In this document: positions 36,778 through 50,360 of the stretch, in pieces | How positions within the stretch are numbered: the first letter of the stretch is position 1 | How the letters are laid out: each line of letters begins with the position of its first letter | NCBI GenBank assembly: GCA_951406725.2 | Contig: OX597818.1 | Coordinates: forward strand, 87,172,001 to 87,236,000 | Origin: Octopus vulgaris | Taxonomy: Eukaryota | DNA: 64,000 nt | Direction: 5' to 3' | Program-made: the position numbers and the translations under genes | The notes under the pieces: model-generated | What the model was told of the DNA's origin: nothing | Seen by the model: only the letters and a program-made list of their open reading frames with translations | Databases searched by the model: none

Positions 36778-37625
36778 AGGAAGTGAACTGGCAGAATCAT
36801 TAGTACGCCAAGCAAAATGCTTAGCAGCATTTCTGAGTTCAAATTCTGCTGAGGTCAATAAAATAAGTACCAGTTGTGGCCTGGGGTTGATGTAAGTGAC
36901 TTACCCCTTCTCCCAAAATTTCAGGCTTTGTGCCTATAGTAGAAAAGATTATTATTATTATTATTATTATTAAGGCAATGAGCTGGCAGAATCGTTAGCA
37001 TGGCGGGCAAAATGCTTAGCAGTATTTTGTCAGTCTTTACGTTCTGAGTTCAAATTCCGCCGAGGTCGACTTTGCCTTTTATCCTTTCAGGGTTGATAAA
37101 TTAAGTACCAGTTGTGTACTGGGGGCCAATCTAATTGACTGGCACCTCCTCCCCTTAAATTTCAGGTCTTGTGCCTATAGTAGAAAGGATTATTATTATT
37201 GTTATGGCTGCAAGCTGGACCAAATACTTAGTGCCATTTCTTTTACTTCATTACATTCTTAGTTCAAATTTCACCAGGATTGACTTTGCCTTTTACCATT
37301 TTGTGGGGTTGATAAAACAAGTACCAGTTGAATACTGTGAGTCGGTATAATCACCTTACCCCCCCCTCCGAAAATTACTAGCCCTGTGCCAAAATTTGAA
37401 ACCGTTTTTATTATTATTATTATTATCAAGGCAGCGTGCTAGCTGAACCGTTAGTACGCTGGGTAAATTACAGAGCGGTATTTTGTCTGTCTTTACATTC
37501 TGAATTCAAATTTTGCTGATGTCAACTTTGCCTTTCATCCTTTCAGGGTCGATAAATTAAGTACCAGTTGCGTACTGGGTAGACCTAATCAAAATTTCAG
37601 GCCTTGTGCCTATAGTAGAAAGGAT
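32437..37625 (+). mobile_element. Cluster of ~17 co-oriented SINE A copies of mixed age, separated by (TTA)n/(TCA)n
   Basis: Cores start near 32437, 32678, 32935, 33160, 33437, 33927, 34173, 34375, 34735, 34950, 35181, 35745, 36400, 36777, 36972, 37205 and 37428, all on the plus strand. Confidence 0.85.
36557..36654 (-). CDS. Candidate isolated 98-bp coding exon (G)QNLIKKELGEEDDRGEEGDGKETDSGEEGTAQ; parent gene unknown
   Basis: Minus strand TACTTTTCTCTCAG|GC acceptor; open, GC-richer, non-repetitive acidic peptide; weak CAA|GTGATT donor (phase 1 to phase 0). No partner exons found. Confidence 0.35.
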
Positions 37626-38469
37626 TATCACGTTGAATGGTACATTGATACACACTGTCACAAGCAAAGACTTGTTGGGAAATGTAGACACATGTTGTTT
37701 AGCCCTTGGTCAGCAATGATCAAGTAGAGCTATGATCAGTGACATTCCATTTGTGATTATTTCGGGGGGGGGTCTGTACTGAGGATTGCTTTATGCAATA
37801 TGTCCATCTTTCTGTGAAGGCCATAGAACATGATTTGAGGGTCGTTTGGGTGTTGTTTCTAGCAGGTCGAGTGACCACATAGAGCTAAGTTGAGTATGGG
37901 GGGGGGGGGGACCCCTTGCTTGCAGTGGAAATTATGCTCATTAGCAAACCCTTCTAAATTCTCAAATGTAATTTTAATATGTTGCATGTCTTTGCATTTA
38001 TAAAATTAACAGTTTTCTTTCTATTTTTCTCAGTAGCACAGATGTGCCACAAATGGCAATTCTTAAGGCACTTATAATTTGTCCCTTGACACTACCAAAA
38101 AAAAAAAAAGTTTGCCCCACCCCTGACACAGATAGAGACTCCCTCATTGGTTTGACACACATCTGTAAAGCAGATGGGTCTATCGAAAACAAAGTGTGCA
38201 CACTCTCATTCACACATATGGCAGAGATGTATTGCATACATGTAGTTGCAGTATTTTCAATCTAGTAGCAATGTTGCATTTCTAACATCTGTGATCTGTG
38301 ACAGCAGCAACAACCCTCAGCGTTGATTAAGTTTCTTGCATATTTATATTAGGCGCCACTCATGTTGGTCCCTTTGAAGTATAATGAGCCTTTGGTATCT
38401 TGTTTATGATTAAGGGTTTTTGTTTTGTTTTTCGTTGTTGTTTTTAATGTAAATACATATTAGTTCTCT

Positions 38470-39280
38470 GTTCTTAATTTAACTGTTGCGGATGGGCAAA
38501 ATCTTAGCTTCCACACCATTATTCTATGGCTTTTAATATAGTGTTGTTGTTGGGAAATTTTTTGGCTTTACTCTATATCCTTGTGCAGTTAACCCTGACA
38601 TTACAACTGCTACAGATGGGCAAACTAATAGGATAACCTCAATATATCATTTTCTTTTACTTGAACAGCTGTGAATGGGCAAACTAATTCTGATATGACT
38701 CTGTTACTTACCTCAATATTGTAGATGGGTAAACTATACATGTAACCCTATCACATTCCTAGTTCTTACCCCAATATTGTGAATCGATGTATACTTGCCA
38801 TTACTTAGATATAGATGGGCAAACTATACAGTTAGCCCTAATATTACTTCAACTGCTACAAATGGGTGGGGGGGAAATAACCAGGTAACCCTAATTAACC
38901 CTAGCACATCACTTGTTATTACTTCCACAGCTATAGAAGGGCAAACTGTACAGTTAAATGTGGCATACCCCTGGTACTGACCTCAGCTTTGTAGTTGGGA
39001 AAACTGTAGTTAACTCTGACATACCCCTGGCACTTAGCTCAGTTTTGTAGATGGGCAAACTATAAAATTAGCTGTGGCATACCCCTGGTGCATACCTCAG
39101 TTTTGTAGATGGGCAAACTGTACAGTTAACCCTGTTTTGCTCCTAATCCTTACTCCAATACTGTGAATGAGGGGAAAACAAATATACTGAATTAATGATA
39201 AGGAACCTTGCTTTGTTCTTTGTCATTGTGCTTCAGTAGCTGTAGATAGAGGCAAACTGTGTAATAAACCCTGTTCTGCA
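38470..39280. repeat. Degenerate ~57-bp tandem array (~11-12 units)
   Basis: GTAGATGGGCAAACT(A/G)TACAGTTAACCCTG core recurs at ~38490, 38614, 38676, 38723, 38813, 38935, 38992, 39049, 39107, 39243. Confidence 0.75.
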
Positions 39281-39889
39281 CCCACCCACACTCACCTTTT
39301 GACCTATCGATGTATGCTTCAGTTAATTTTTGTCCTTGACATATCAATTGCTGTGGTTGAATAACTCCTATTTAGCTTCTAGAAATTTAATATCAGCCAT
39401 TTCTGTATGACAATAACAGCAGTGACAACAAGCTGAAGAGGACCGAGAATGAGGAGGAGAGCAATTATTATTATTATCATTATCGTTAGTAGTAGTAGTA
39501 GTTGTAGTAGTAGTAGTAGTAGTAGTGTGATGAGGTGTGGTGCTTCTTTTTCCGTTTCTCTCTTCTTCACTCCTCCTCTCCCCTCACCTTCTTCACCCCC
39601 ACCCCTCTCAACCACCACCATCTTCCCCCTCCCCTCAAACCACCACCAACACCATCGCCTTCTCCACCACCCACTACCATCTAAGGACAATTACAGTTGC
39701 AGAAGAACTAATGTATATTCTGACATTGCTGCTCTGTCATCAGCTCCTCCTGGCCAACTGCTGTAGTGTATGTTGTAGTATAGCTGTGTTCTGTGTGTGT
39801 GTGTGTTGTATTCTAGCTATGTCATGTGGTATGTATGTTTGTACTGTAGCTGTGTGTGTGTGTGTGTGCATATTGTTATAAAGCTATGT

Positions 39890-40390
39890 TCTATTTTATT
39901 ATGTGTTATAGTATAGCAGTGTACTATCATAGTGTGTTTGTGTGTGTGTTGTAGTCTAGCTGAGAATTACTGCAAAGTGTGTATGTGTTGTAGTACAACT
40001 GTGTTCTACTATATTATATGTTGTAGTATAGCAGTGTACTATCATAGTGTGTTTGTGTGTGTTGTAGTCTAGCTGAGAATTACTGTAAAGTGTGTATATG
40101 TTGTAGTACAACTGTGCTCTACTATATATGTGTTGTAGTATAGCAGTGCACTATCATAGTGTGTTTGGGTGGGTGTGTGTTGTAGTTTAGCTGAGAATTA
40201 CTGTAAAGTGTGTATATGTTGTAGTACAACTGTGCTCTACTATATATGTGTTATAGTATAGCAGTGTACTATCATAGTGTGTTTGGGTGGGTGTGTGTTG
40301 TAGTTTAGCTGAGAATTACTGTAAAGTGTGTTTGTGTTGTAGTACAACTGTTCTACTGTATCATGTATGTATACTATCATAGTGTGTATA
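39890..40390. repeat. ~115-bp minisatellite, ~4.5 units
   Basis: GTATAGCAGTGTACTATCATAGTGTGTTTG...TAGCTGAGAATTACTGTAAAGTGTG repeated four times with high identity. Confidence 0.9.
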
Positions 40391-40769
40391 TGCGTTATAG
40401 TACTGCGGTGTTCTACTGTACTGCACGTGTATATTATAATATATAGTAGTGCACTGCATAGCACATGTTGCTGCAGTTTTGTTGTATGTGTTGTAGTATT
40501 AGCTGTGTTTTGTTGTGTTATATAGTACAGGTGTGTAGTTCAGTTGTGTTTGATGTAGAGAGTTATGTGGCTGGTATGGCATGTACTGTAGTATTTTACA
40601 TGTGGTGTATTATGTGTTATGGTATGTGTTGTAGTGTATTGCTTGTTGTGTGTGTGTCTACATATAAATGATCTTTTTAATATTTTGCAGCACATACACA
40701 CACAATTTGCATTGTTATATATAAATGTATGTATATATATATATATATATATAGATATATATACACACA

Positions 40770-40955
40770 CACACACACTTTGCATTTTTTGCAGTGATGT
40801 GTATATAATGCATAATAGCTAGACACAGACTAAGAGATATACATATATACAACTACATAAACACACATACACACACATTTGCTTTATTTGCAGTGATGTA
40901 TAATGTGTAAATAGCTAGACATGTACACTCACACACACCTATATAAACACAAACT

Positions 40956-40990
<35 letters not shown>

Positions 40991-41420
40991 CTTATTTGCA
41001 GTGCTGTGTTCTGTGTTGTAGCTAGACATTCATACACATTGATAGATGTATATACACATGCATATACAGAACTGTATAAACACACAGGCTCATACATACT
41101 TGAGCTTTATTTGCAGTGATGTATAATGTCTCCTAGCTAGATATATGCACAGATTGAAAGATATATATACTCACACATACACTACTATATAAACACACAC
41201 ACACACACACACACTCTCTCTCTCTCTCTCGTACACACACACATATGCTTTGTATGCCATGAGGTATAATGTATTATAACTAGACATACACACAGATTGG
41301 AAGATATATACATACATACACACAACTACATAAACATTCAGATTCATACACACACCTGCTCTATTTACAATGATGTATAATATAGTTAGACATACACGCA
41401 GATTGAAAAATATACACAGA
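40770..41420. repeat. Degenerate tandem array with (CA)n spacers
   Basis: TTATTTGCAGTGATGTATAATG...TAGCTAGACA core about six times. Confidence 0.7.
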
Positions 41421-41449
41421 TACACACTTGTGTGTGTATGTATATCATT

Positions 41450-41481
<32 letters not shown>

Positions 41482-41609
41482 TACATATACGCACATCAGC
41501 CAATTAAACATTTAAGGCTAGCATTTCCATTGTTTAAGATTTTGTTTTGACTTGAATGTATGTATATGGAGATTGTGGCAGAGGTGGGGGGTCTCTACAA
41601 GGTTGTGAG

Positions 41610-42560
41610 TATATGTCTAGGTTTGTATATGGTTGTATGTGTATATGTGTATAGGTTTGTATGTGGCTGTATGTGTGAATGCACAGATCTGTATATAGTT
41701 GTATGTGTATATAGGTTTGAATGTGATTTTTATGTGTGTATGGACAGATGTGTTTATAGTTGTATATGTGTGTCTGTATATGGTTGTATGTGTTTATGTG
41801 TCTCTGTGCTGTATGTGTGAATGTACAGATCTGTATATGGTTGTATGCTTATGTGTGTGTGTCTGTATACAGTTGTAAATGTGTATGTCTGTATATGATT
41901 GTATGTGTATAGGTTTGGATGTGGTTGTACATGTGTATGGACAGATCTGTATATAGTTGTATGCATATGTGTATATGTGTGTATAGATTTCAATGTGGCT
42001 GTACGTGTGTATGGACAGATCTGTATATAGTTGTATGCATATATGTGTATGTTTGTATACAATTGTATGTGTGTGTATAGGTTTCAATGTGTCTGTACAT
42101 GTGTATGGACAAATCTGTATATGGTTGTATGACAAATCTGTATATGGTTGTATGCAGATATGAGTATGTCTGTATATGATTCTGTGTATAGGTTTGGATG
42201 TGGTCGTATGTATGTATGTATGTATGTATGGACAGACTTGTGTATGGTTGTATGCATATATGTTGTGTATGTTTGTATACAGTTGTATATGTGTATGTCT
42301 GTGTATGGTTGTATGTGTACATGTGTGTATAGGTTTGAATGTGGTTGCATGCGTGTATGGACAGATCTGTATATGGTTGTATGCAGATATATGTACATCT
42401 GTACACGGTTGTATATGTGTATATGCCTGTATATGGTTGTATGTGCGTCTGGGTCTAGATAAGATTGTGTGTGTATGTATATATATTTTTTTTGTGTGTG
42501 TATGTGGTTAAGTCTGTTGTTTGTGGTTGTGTGTGTTTCTAGGTCCATGCATAGCTGTAT
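41610..42560. repeat. TG/TA-rich minisatellite
   Basis: TGTATGGACAGATCTGTATAT(A/G)GTTGTATG about nine times with variable spacing. Confidence 0.8.
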
Positions 42561-43148
42561 GTATAAGTGTGGTTAGATCTCTGTATGTGTAATCATTAAT
42601 ATGTTATATATTACCGCTCTGATGACATAACACTTCATATATTATCGCTTTACCTACCTACCTACCATTCTCTCTCTCCTTCTCTCTCACCACCTTTTCT
42701 TCTATGACTATCTCTACCTTCTATTTTTCTTCTCCCTCTCTCTTGTCTTTATCCCCCCCCCCATCTCCTTCTCTTTAACATTTTGTCTGTCTCTTCTCTT
42801 TATTTCATTTTACATTGCATCATGTCAAGTCCCCACCTCTCTCTCTCCCTCTCCAAACACACACACACACACATGCATATACAAACAGACTCTTGTATAT
42901 GTGTGCTATATATCATGTGTGTATTTGCTTGCATCATCAATGTGTATGAATGTGATTTAGGTATATGTACGTATATAAGTGTGTACATGTGTCCCTATAC
43001 GTATATCCATGTATTTACACGTATATATACCCGTGTGTGTGAGGTGATGGTGGTGGTGGTGGTGGTGGTGGGGCACATTCATAGTTAGCATCCCCACCTA
43101 TTCGCTTTAACAGCCCCATAACCTTTGTATATATGCATAAATACAAAC

Positions 43149-43314
43149 AGGCATAGGAGTGGCTGTGTGGTAAGTAGCTTGCTTACCAACAACATGGTTC
43201 TGGGTTCAGTCCGACTGCGTGGCACCTTGGGCAAGTGTCTTCTGCTATAGCCTCGGGCCGACCAAAGGCTTGTGAGTAGATTTGATAGGTGGAAACTGAA
43301 AGAAGCTCGTCGTG

Positions 43315-43349
<35 letters not shown>

Positions 43350-43555
43350 GTGTGTGTCTATGTTTGTCACCCCCAACATTGCTTGACAACCAATGCTGGT
43401 GCATTTACATCCCTGTAACTTAGCAGTTTGGCAAAAGAGACTGACAGAATAAGTATAAGGCTTACAACGAATAAGTCCTGAGGACGATTTGCTCAACTAA
43501 AGGCAGTGCTCCAGCATGGCCACGGTCAAAATGACTGAAACAAGTAAGAGAATAA
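43149..43555 (+). mobile_element. SINE family B, full length
   Basis: GGCATAGGAGTGGCTGTGTGGTAAGTAGCTTGC ... ATGACTGAAACAAGTAAGAG. Confidence 0.9.
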
Positions 43556-43956
43556 ATGAATACATATATGTATGTATGTATGTATGTGTATATATGTATA
43601 TATATATAGATATATAGATATATATATATATATAGATAGATAGATAAACGCTTATCTAGATAAATAGAGATATACATGTATATACACAGACACAGTGGTA
43701 TATATCCCCTGTCCATAAGGGAATTATAGAATCTCAAACTACCATTCCATGTACATGTGATGCTCACTTAATGGAAAAAATGCATCTTAGTGCCGCTATT
43801 TGTTGTCATGGTAACTATATATATCTATGTATATATATATATATATATGTATATATATACATAGACGCGCACACACATATGTACATCTATATATATATAT
43901 ATATATATACATACAGGTAGAGAGAGAGAGAGAGACATACAGGGACAAACATACAA

Positions 43957-43988
<32 letters not shown>

Positions 43989-44736
43989 CTTTAGGCTTTA
44001 TCTTCTGCACTATCTTGGTTCAGTCTGATGCTAATGCAATTAGGTGTGTAATTAAAACATGAAGGGTTTGTCCCTGCTGAGAGTAATGAATGCCTGGTAT
44101 ATGAAATGCTGAAACCATACCCTGTACCACCCTATAATACGCACATAAACACACGCACGCACAGTCGTTTAATTGCATACTGGATAATTACATAGAATTG
44201 CTTAACGCTGAACTATTTAGCATCAAGCCCATGTAAAAAATTGATTGCTTAATTGCATATGCAGGTATTCTGTTTCGGTTAATTGCATCTTTTTTTTTCT
44301 TTTTTTCTTTGGATTGTGAGTAAAAAACATTTTTTGGCAAGGTGTAGCATATAATTAAACATATGATTTTGATGTGAATAAACCAATTCTAGATGCTTCC
44401 TGTTTTCATCTGTTGAGAATGATGTCAGTATATCAGTTTATATTTACAAATAAACGGTATCAAAAGACTCTTGTGTATTAAAAATATAATTTCTATTTCA
44501 AGGAATTAAACACTTGTAAAGTTCTAAATCTGGTGTATTTTTTTCCCTCTATCTTATCTCTAATTAATTAATATTTTTCATAGTAGAAAAAAAAAATTTG
44601 TGAAAAGATAATTTTCAGTATAGCCTTGGAAAAGCGCCGTTTTGAGATTGACCTAATTAAATCAGTCTTAATTCCACATGATCAGAGTTTTTATTGTTGA
44701 GTAATTCTATGTGTGTGAGAGTCATCATCAAGGCAT

Positions 44737-45598
44737 TTAACCCTTTTGTTCTCATATTTCTATCAAATTACACTGCCTTTATTTCGATTAATTTTGAAAA
44801 TACTAAAGAATTTAGTGAAATAACTTTGTCGCTATTAAGTTGGTGTTTGGAACATAATTTAACATGAAATTTTGAGGGAAGGTTTTATAATTTAGATCAC
44901 TTTATCTACTTTATTAACATATTTCTGTTGAAATACCCTGCCTTTGTTTTAATTAATTTTTTAAATTATGAAGAATTCAGTGAAATAACTTTGTTGTTAT
45001 CAAATTAATGTTTAGAACATAAATTATCACAAAATTTTGAGGGAACGTTTTATGATTTAAATCACTTTAACTTTTTTAAGACAAGATTTCTGCTGAAATA
45101 CCCTGGCTTTGTTTCCATTTATTTTGAAAAAATTTAAAGTATTTAGTGAAATAAATTTGGCAATTCTTAAACTAGTATTTGGAACATAACATGAAATTTT
45201 GACAGAAGCTTTTGAATTTAGATCACATTAACCATTTTATTAACATATCTCTGCTGAAATACACTGCCTTTGTTCCGATTAATTTTGAAAATAATGAATA
45301 ATTCAATGAAATAACTCTCTCGTTATTAAGTTGGTGTTTAGAACATAAACTATCACAAAATTTTGAGAGAGGGCTTTATTTTGTTTTTTGTTTTTTTGTA
45401 TATTCAGATCACTTTAACCTTTTTATTACTATATTTCTGCTGAAATACCCTGCCTTTGTTTCAATTAATTTTGAAAAATTTAAAGAATTCAGTGAAATAA
45501 CTTTGTCCGTTCTTAAATTAGAAATAGGTTTGTCTGTTCTTAAACTAGTATTTGGAACATAGCATGAAATTTTGATGGAACATTTTAATTTAGATTAC
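44737..45598 (+). repeat. Five tandem ~165-bp units derived from a piggyBac-like MITE end
   Basis: Units start at about 44737, 44901, 45067, 45228 and 45414; the first begins TTAA-CCCTTTTGTT and all end TAGATCAC-like; two more units at ~50040-50575. Confidence 0.85.
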
Positions 45599-46325
45599 TA
45601 GCTTGCTTACCAACCACATGGTTCTGGGTTCATTCCCACTGCGTGGTACCTTGAGCAAGTGTCTCCTACTGCCTCGGGCCAACCAAAGCCTTGTGAGTGG
45701 ATTTGGTAGACAGAAGCTGAAAGAAGCCCATATATATATATATATATATATTCAATAGACAGTATTGAACCATGAACATACCCAAACACATGTGAAACAG
45801 CTGTAAGCTCATAGTAAATAAATAAATGCATATAATCCAATATTTTTGTCTATTTTATGCATCATTCAGGAAAAACATACCATTTTAACTTAGTAATGGA
45901 ACCATGGATTTACTAATTTGTCTAGTGATGGACTTTGACTAGGGATTATCTGGAGTACAATATTAATCAGAAGTATTCTTTGTTAGCCTGGTGTATTTTG
46001 CGTAGATTACTTATCCTTTATTAATCTCTCTTTCACACACACACACAAGGCTTTGGTTGGCGCGAGGCTGTAGTAGAAGACACTTGCCCAAGGTTCCATG
46101 CAGTGGGACTGAATTCAGAACTACGTGGATAGGAAGCTAACATCTTCAGATACAAAATAAACCAACTGCCACAGAAAAAGAGAAGGAAGGAATTTGGTCG
46201 ATATGACATTATTATAGAACTAGGTCATCTCTTTTAAGCCATCGATCTTAAACCATTGTTGACTCTTAGCATATACACGTTCACCTCCAATAATAGCAGT
46301 TGCCATATTTCATTCCATATCAGCT

Positions 46326-46407
46326 ACCTCTGATGAGTGTAGGATTATATAATCAGATTGTTACCTAACACTCTGTTGTACCCCTAGCACAAAACTGCCT
46401 GGTAAGA
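46326..46407 (+). ncRNA. Degenerate hammerhead-like motif
   Basis: CT-CTGATGA-GTGTAGG...CCTAGCAC-AAAA(for GAAA)-CTGCCTGG-TA-AG. Confidence 0.3.
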
Positions 46408-47316
46408 TTAGCCGTGATAGATATATAATACTATACACACACACACACACACATATACATACAAACTTACAGACAGACAGGTTTGTCCTTTTTTTTATCC
46501 TTAATGGAATAATGGGAAATATAACAATGATTGTCATTGTCAAGATATATGAATCTTGTTTTGGTTTGGGTTATTGACGTATGTCAGAGGGATCAAAAAT
46601 CTTCATTGAGGATAAGTCAAACAATTATTTAAATAAAACAAAATTATCTTGGGCATAGGTGCAGATGTGGCTATGTGGTTAAAAAGCTAGCTTCCCAGCC
46701 ATATGGCCTTGAGTTCAACCCCACTGAGTGGCACCTTGGACTAGTGTCTTTTAAGAACGCCCCAGGATAACCAAAGCCTTGTGGGTATTTTTGGCCAGGA
46801 AGCCTCAACAGGGAAGCAAGCCCTGAACCTCTTGGATTTCAGTTACGCACTCTATACCATTAAGCCAAGAGACCCCTGACAACAGATACCACCTGCTTAT
46901 AAAGTTGTTTGCAATATATATATATTGTTGCTGTTACATTAAACCGCCATATGTCTAAATTTGGCCAAATGCATTTTTTTCAATATTGAATTTTAATTGC
47001 AATAACCAGAACTTTCGGTCAAACTATCCTATCTCCAGCTGCTTCAGATTCCAAGATATAAAAATTGTCAAAGTGTAGTACAATGGTTTAGCATTTTTCA
47101 AATGTGTAGTAAGTCCCACATACGACAGTTTTGCAAAAATATTTCTGACTGAAAATATCATACATGCATGGAGTTAGGATTTTATGCACCCAACAAAGTA
47201 TTTATTGTTAAGCTGAAACTGCTGCTAATGTAAAAAGAAATGGAATGGTGAAAACATTTTTTGTTTTCTGAAAAAAGCTACATTTTGAACTTATACTTTT
47301 GCATAATAGCAATGAA

Positions 47317-47360
<44 letters not shown>

Positions 47361-47879
47361 ACATATATAGATTCACATGTACATACATGCACACACACAT
47401 GTGTGGTGCAGACATGGTTTTGTGGAGACAGTGTTTGCTTTGTTACTATCTGGTCTTGAGTTCTGTTTCACTTCATGACACCTTGGGCAAGTGTCTTGTA
47501 TCTTTGACTGAACCAACACTTTGAGAGTGGAGTTAATAGATGGAAACTGTGCAGAAGCTCATCGAGTGCGAATGTGTACATGCGTGTGGACACACGCACA
47601 GACTTCTCTGTGAATATTTACAACCCTTGCTTCACAAGAAAAATACTGAACTAAAAATGGTGATGTTTTGTTGACATTTAGTTGTCAAGAGATCAGTGGC
47701 TAGCTTTGTTTTGAAAAGATGCACTGTACTAAATGTCCCTTGTTTGAAAAACAGGTGAGAGTTAGTAATAGAAAGGACATTTAGCTTCAAAAATTATACT
47801 TCAAAAATATTATTAGCTCAACCCATGCTAGCATAGAAAGACAAATTTTAAATGATGAAACAAACAAATTATATTATAT

Positions 47880-48135
47880 TGTCACCTCCCCATCCCAGGC
47901 TTCTGTCAACTCTTTCCCCCTTATCACGTCATAAGTAACCTCATCTTCTTCCGGTCATTTCAGTATGTGGTAACTGTTTAATTGAGACACATTTGTTCTT
48001 TCCTCTCTCCAATTTTATCTCTCCTTGTTTTTTTTCTTTCTGTAGAAAAGCATATGCTTGAAACATAAAACACTTTTCCTTCTATTGTCCCTGAGTGTAA
48101 ATCTGATACATTTTGTTGTTTGTTTTGTACCTTAT
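47880..48135 (+). mobile_element. P2 Penelope-like fragment with degenerate HHR at 48036-48071
   Basis: CTTT-CTGTAGA-A-AAGC-ATAT-GCTT-GAAA-CA-TA-AAAC, followed by CCTGAGTG..TGATACA shared with other P2 copies. Confidence 0.5.
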
Positions 48136-50137
48136 TTTCATATTTTTTTTAATATATATATATATACATACATACATACATACACACACACATAGATATA
48201 TCTTATACTGTATTCTGTCAATACAAGTGTCTGATGACATACATATGCATGTATGTATGTCGTCATCTTAATACCCACTTTTCTATGCTTGCTTGAATCA
48301 GACAGAATGTGTTGAGGGAGATTCTCATAGCCAGGTGCCTTTCCTATCACCAATCCTCAATATTTCCATGTAAGGTAAATATTTCCCCAGTGGCTGGACA
48401 TATTTCCATGAAAGACTGGAAATGAATGCCAGCAATTGTAGAATGGTGATGTTTGCTTACAAATATTGCACAATGTCAAGACAAAGAGACACAAACACAG
48501 ATATACTCATGCACATTTATGTACATATGTGCATGTATATATCAAGGATTGAACAGACAGAACACAAGGAGAAAACGTTAGATGAAAGCAAAGCAAATGG
48601 AAAACTATGCGTAAACTTAACAGACAGGAAATATAGACAAAGACACGATGCACGAAATATTCGCAACTGAGTCTTCCTCGTCTGTCAATGAACCAAAATA
48701 TCATTGTGGTTTTGCATGGCGCACATCAATACATGCATACACATGCATATATGATCAGTTTCTTTCATTTTCCAATAACAAAATTCACTCACAAGGCTTT
48801 GGTTGGCATTGAGCTGAGTAGAAAATACTTGTCCAAAATGCTGTGCAGCAGGACTAAACCAGAAGCCACATGGCTGGGAAGCAGGCTCCTCAACCACACT
48901 ACCATGCCTTCACCCATATATAAGCATGCTCTTGTGTGCGTATGTATACATACACAACATAGGAACAGCTATAGCTGTGTAGCTAAGAAGCTCGCTTCCC
49001 AACCACATGGTTCCTAATTTATTCGACTAAAAATTCTTCAAGGTAGTGTTCTAGCATGGCTGTGGTCTTATGACTGAATCCATTTATAAAAGTAATAGAT
49101 CCTTGTATGTCCTCTTAACAACAAACATGGAATTGGAAGGTAAACTATCAGACCACTAACATTTGCATTCAGAGTTCATATCTCACCTCAGCATCATCAA
49201 TTCACTGTTGTTGTTTTTTTTGTGGGGGTGATTTTTTTTATTACAATAAAATAGTTTTTAACTATTAATGGTGAGATACTATGAATATATTTTCTCAGTG
49301 AACTTTCTTCATGGTTAATTGATATCTGTAATCAGTCAATAAACCTTTGTAGTCAATCTACCTCTAATAGTGATAGCAATTAAGTTACCTTTTACTTGCT
49401 TCAGTCAATTAGACTGTGGCAATGCTGGAGCATTGTTTTTAAAGTTTTAGTTGACCAAATTGAATTTAATGCTTATTATTTTTCTTTAAGCCTGGTACTT
49501 CTTATATCGGTCTATTTTGTCAAACTGCTAAGTTTCAGAGGTGTAAACAAACCAACACCAGTTGTCAAGCAGTGGTGGTGGTGGTGGGGGAAACACTCAC
49601 TCACATATGTGTATATACATGATGAGCTTTCAGTTTCTATCTATGAAAAATACTCACAGGAAGGGCACCTGGTCATAGAATATCTTACTCAGATAAACTC
49701 TGTCCAACCCATGCTAGCATGGAAAAGTGGATGTTAAAGCCATGGTGTATACTGAAAATGGTGTTGTGTGGTTATTGATGATAATGATAGCATTGGTAAT
49801 TTGGTTGTTTAATCTTGAGTATTGGGTGCACCCAACTGAGTAGGTATTCTAGCCCAAACTATCCCATCTTTTTCCACACAGTATATTTCAAACTATTTGT
49901 CGAACATGTCCTGAATTTTTCCCTCCCACCTAAGTTGACAAGGTGTTATTTGAGGCAGATTTTGCTTCTATTCCTAACAGGCTTATCAACTTAGTGCAGG
50001 GTACCATTTTTGTGCCAGGGGTACATTGAAAGTATTTGGCCCCTTTGTAATTATATTTCTCTTGATATAAACTGCCTCCATTTATGTTAATTTTGGAAAT
50101 AGTGAAAAGTTTAGTGACATAATTTTGTCTTTATTAA

Positions 50138-50360
50138 CCCATTAAGTCCCAGAGTACTTAAATTTCTGAATATTACTTTTAAATTTTTACAGATGATTGA
50201 AAATAGGTTAAAATGAAAAAAATAATTATTAAAACTCCTTTACTTCAAGTAGAAATGGAAATACTCGGTGTCCTATAAATAGGACACTGAGACAATGTGA
50301 TATAGCTTATTTAATGTTCTCATTTAGTGCCCTATTTATAGGACAGTGGGACTTAATGGG
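50138..50360. mobile_element. piggyBac-type MITE (D3) nested in a D1-derived unit
   Basis: TTAA TSDs 50134-37 and 50361-64; perfect 14-bp TIR CCCATTAAGTCCCA / TGGGACTTAATGGG; internal IR GTCCTATAAATAGG / CCTATTTATAGGAC; an uninterrupted site is visible at ~50515 (TTATTAAGCTGGTGTTTG). Confidence 0.9.

Noticed and set aside
38470-39280. CRISPR-like regularly spaced repeat
   Set aside because: Repeats are degenerate, the spacers are homologous to one another, the context is eukaryotic and there are no cas genes
46800-46876. Minus-strand tRNA-Phe-like sequence
   Set aside because: Broken anticodon and T arms; decayed SINE head or pseudo-tRNA
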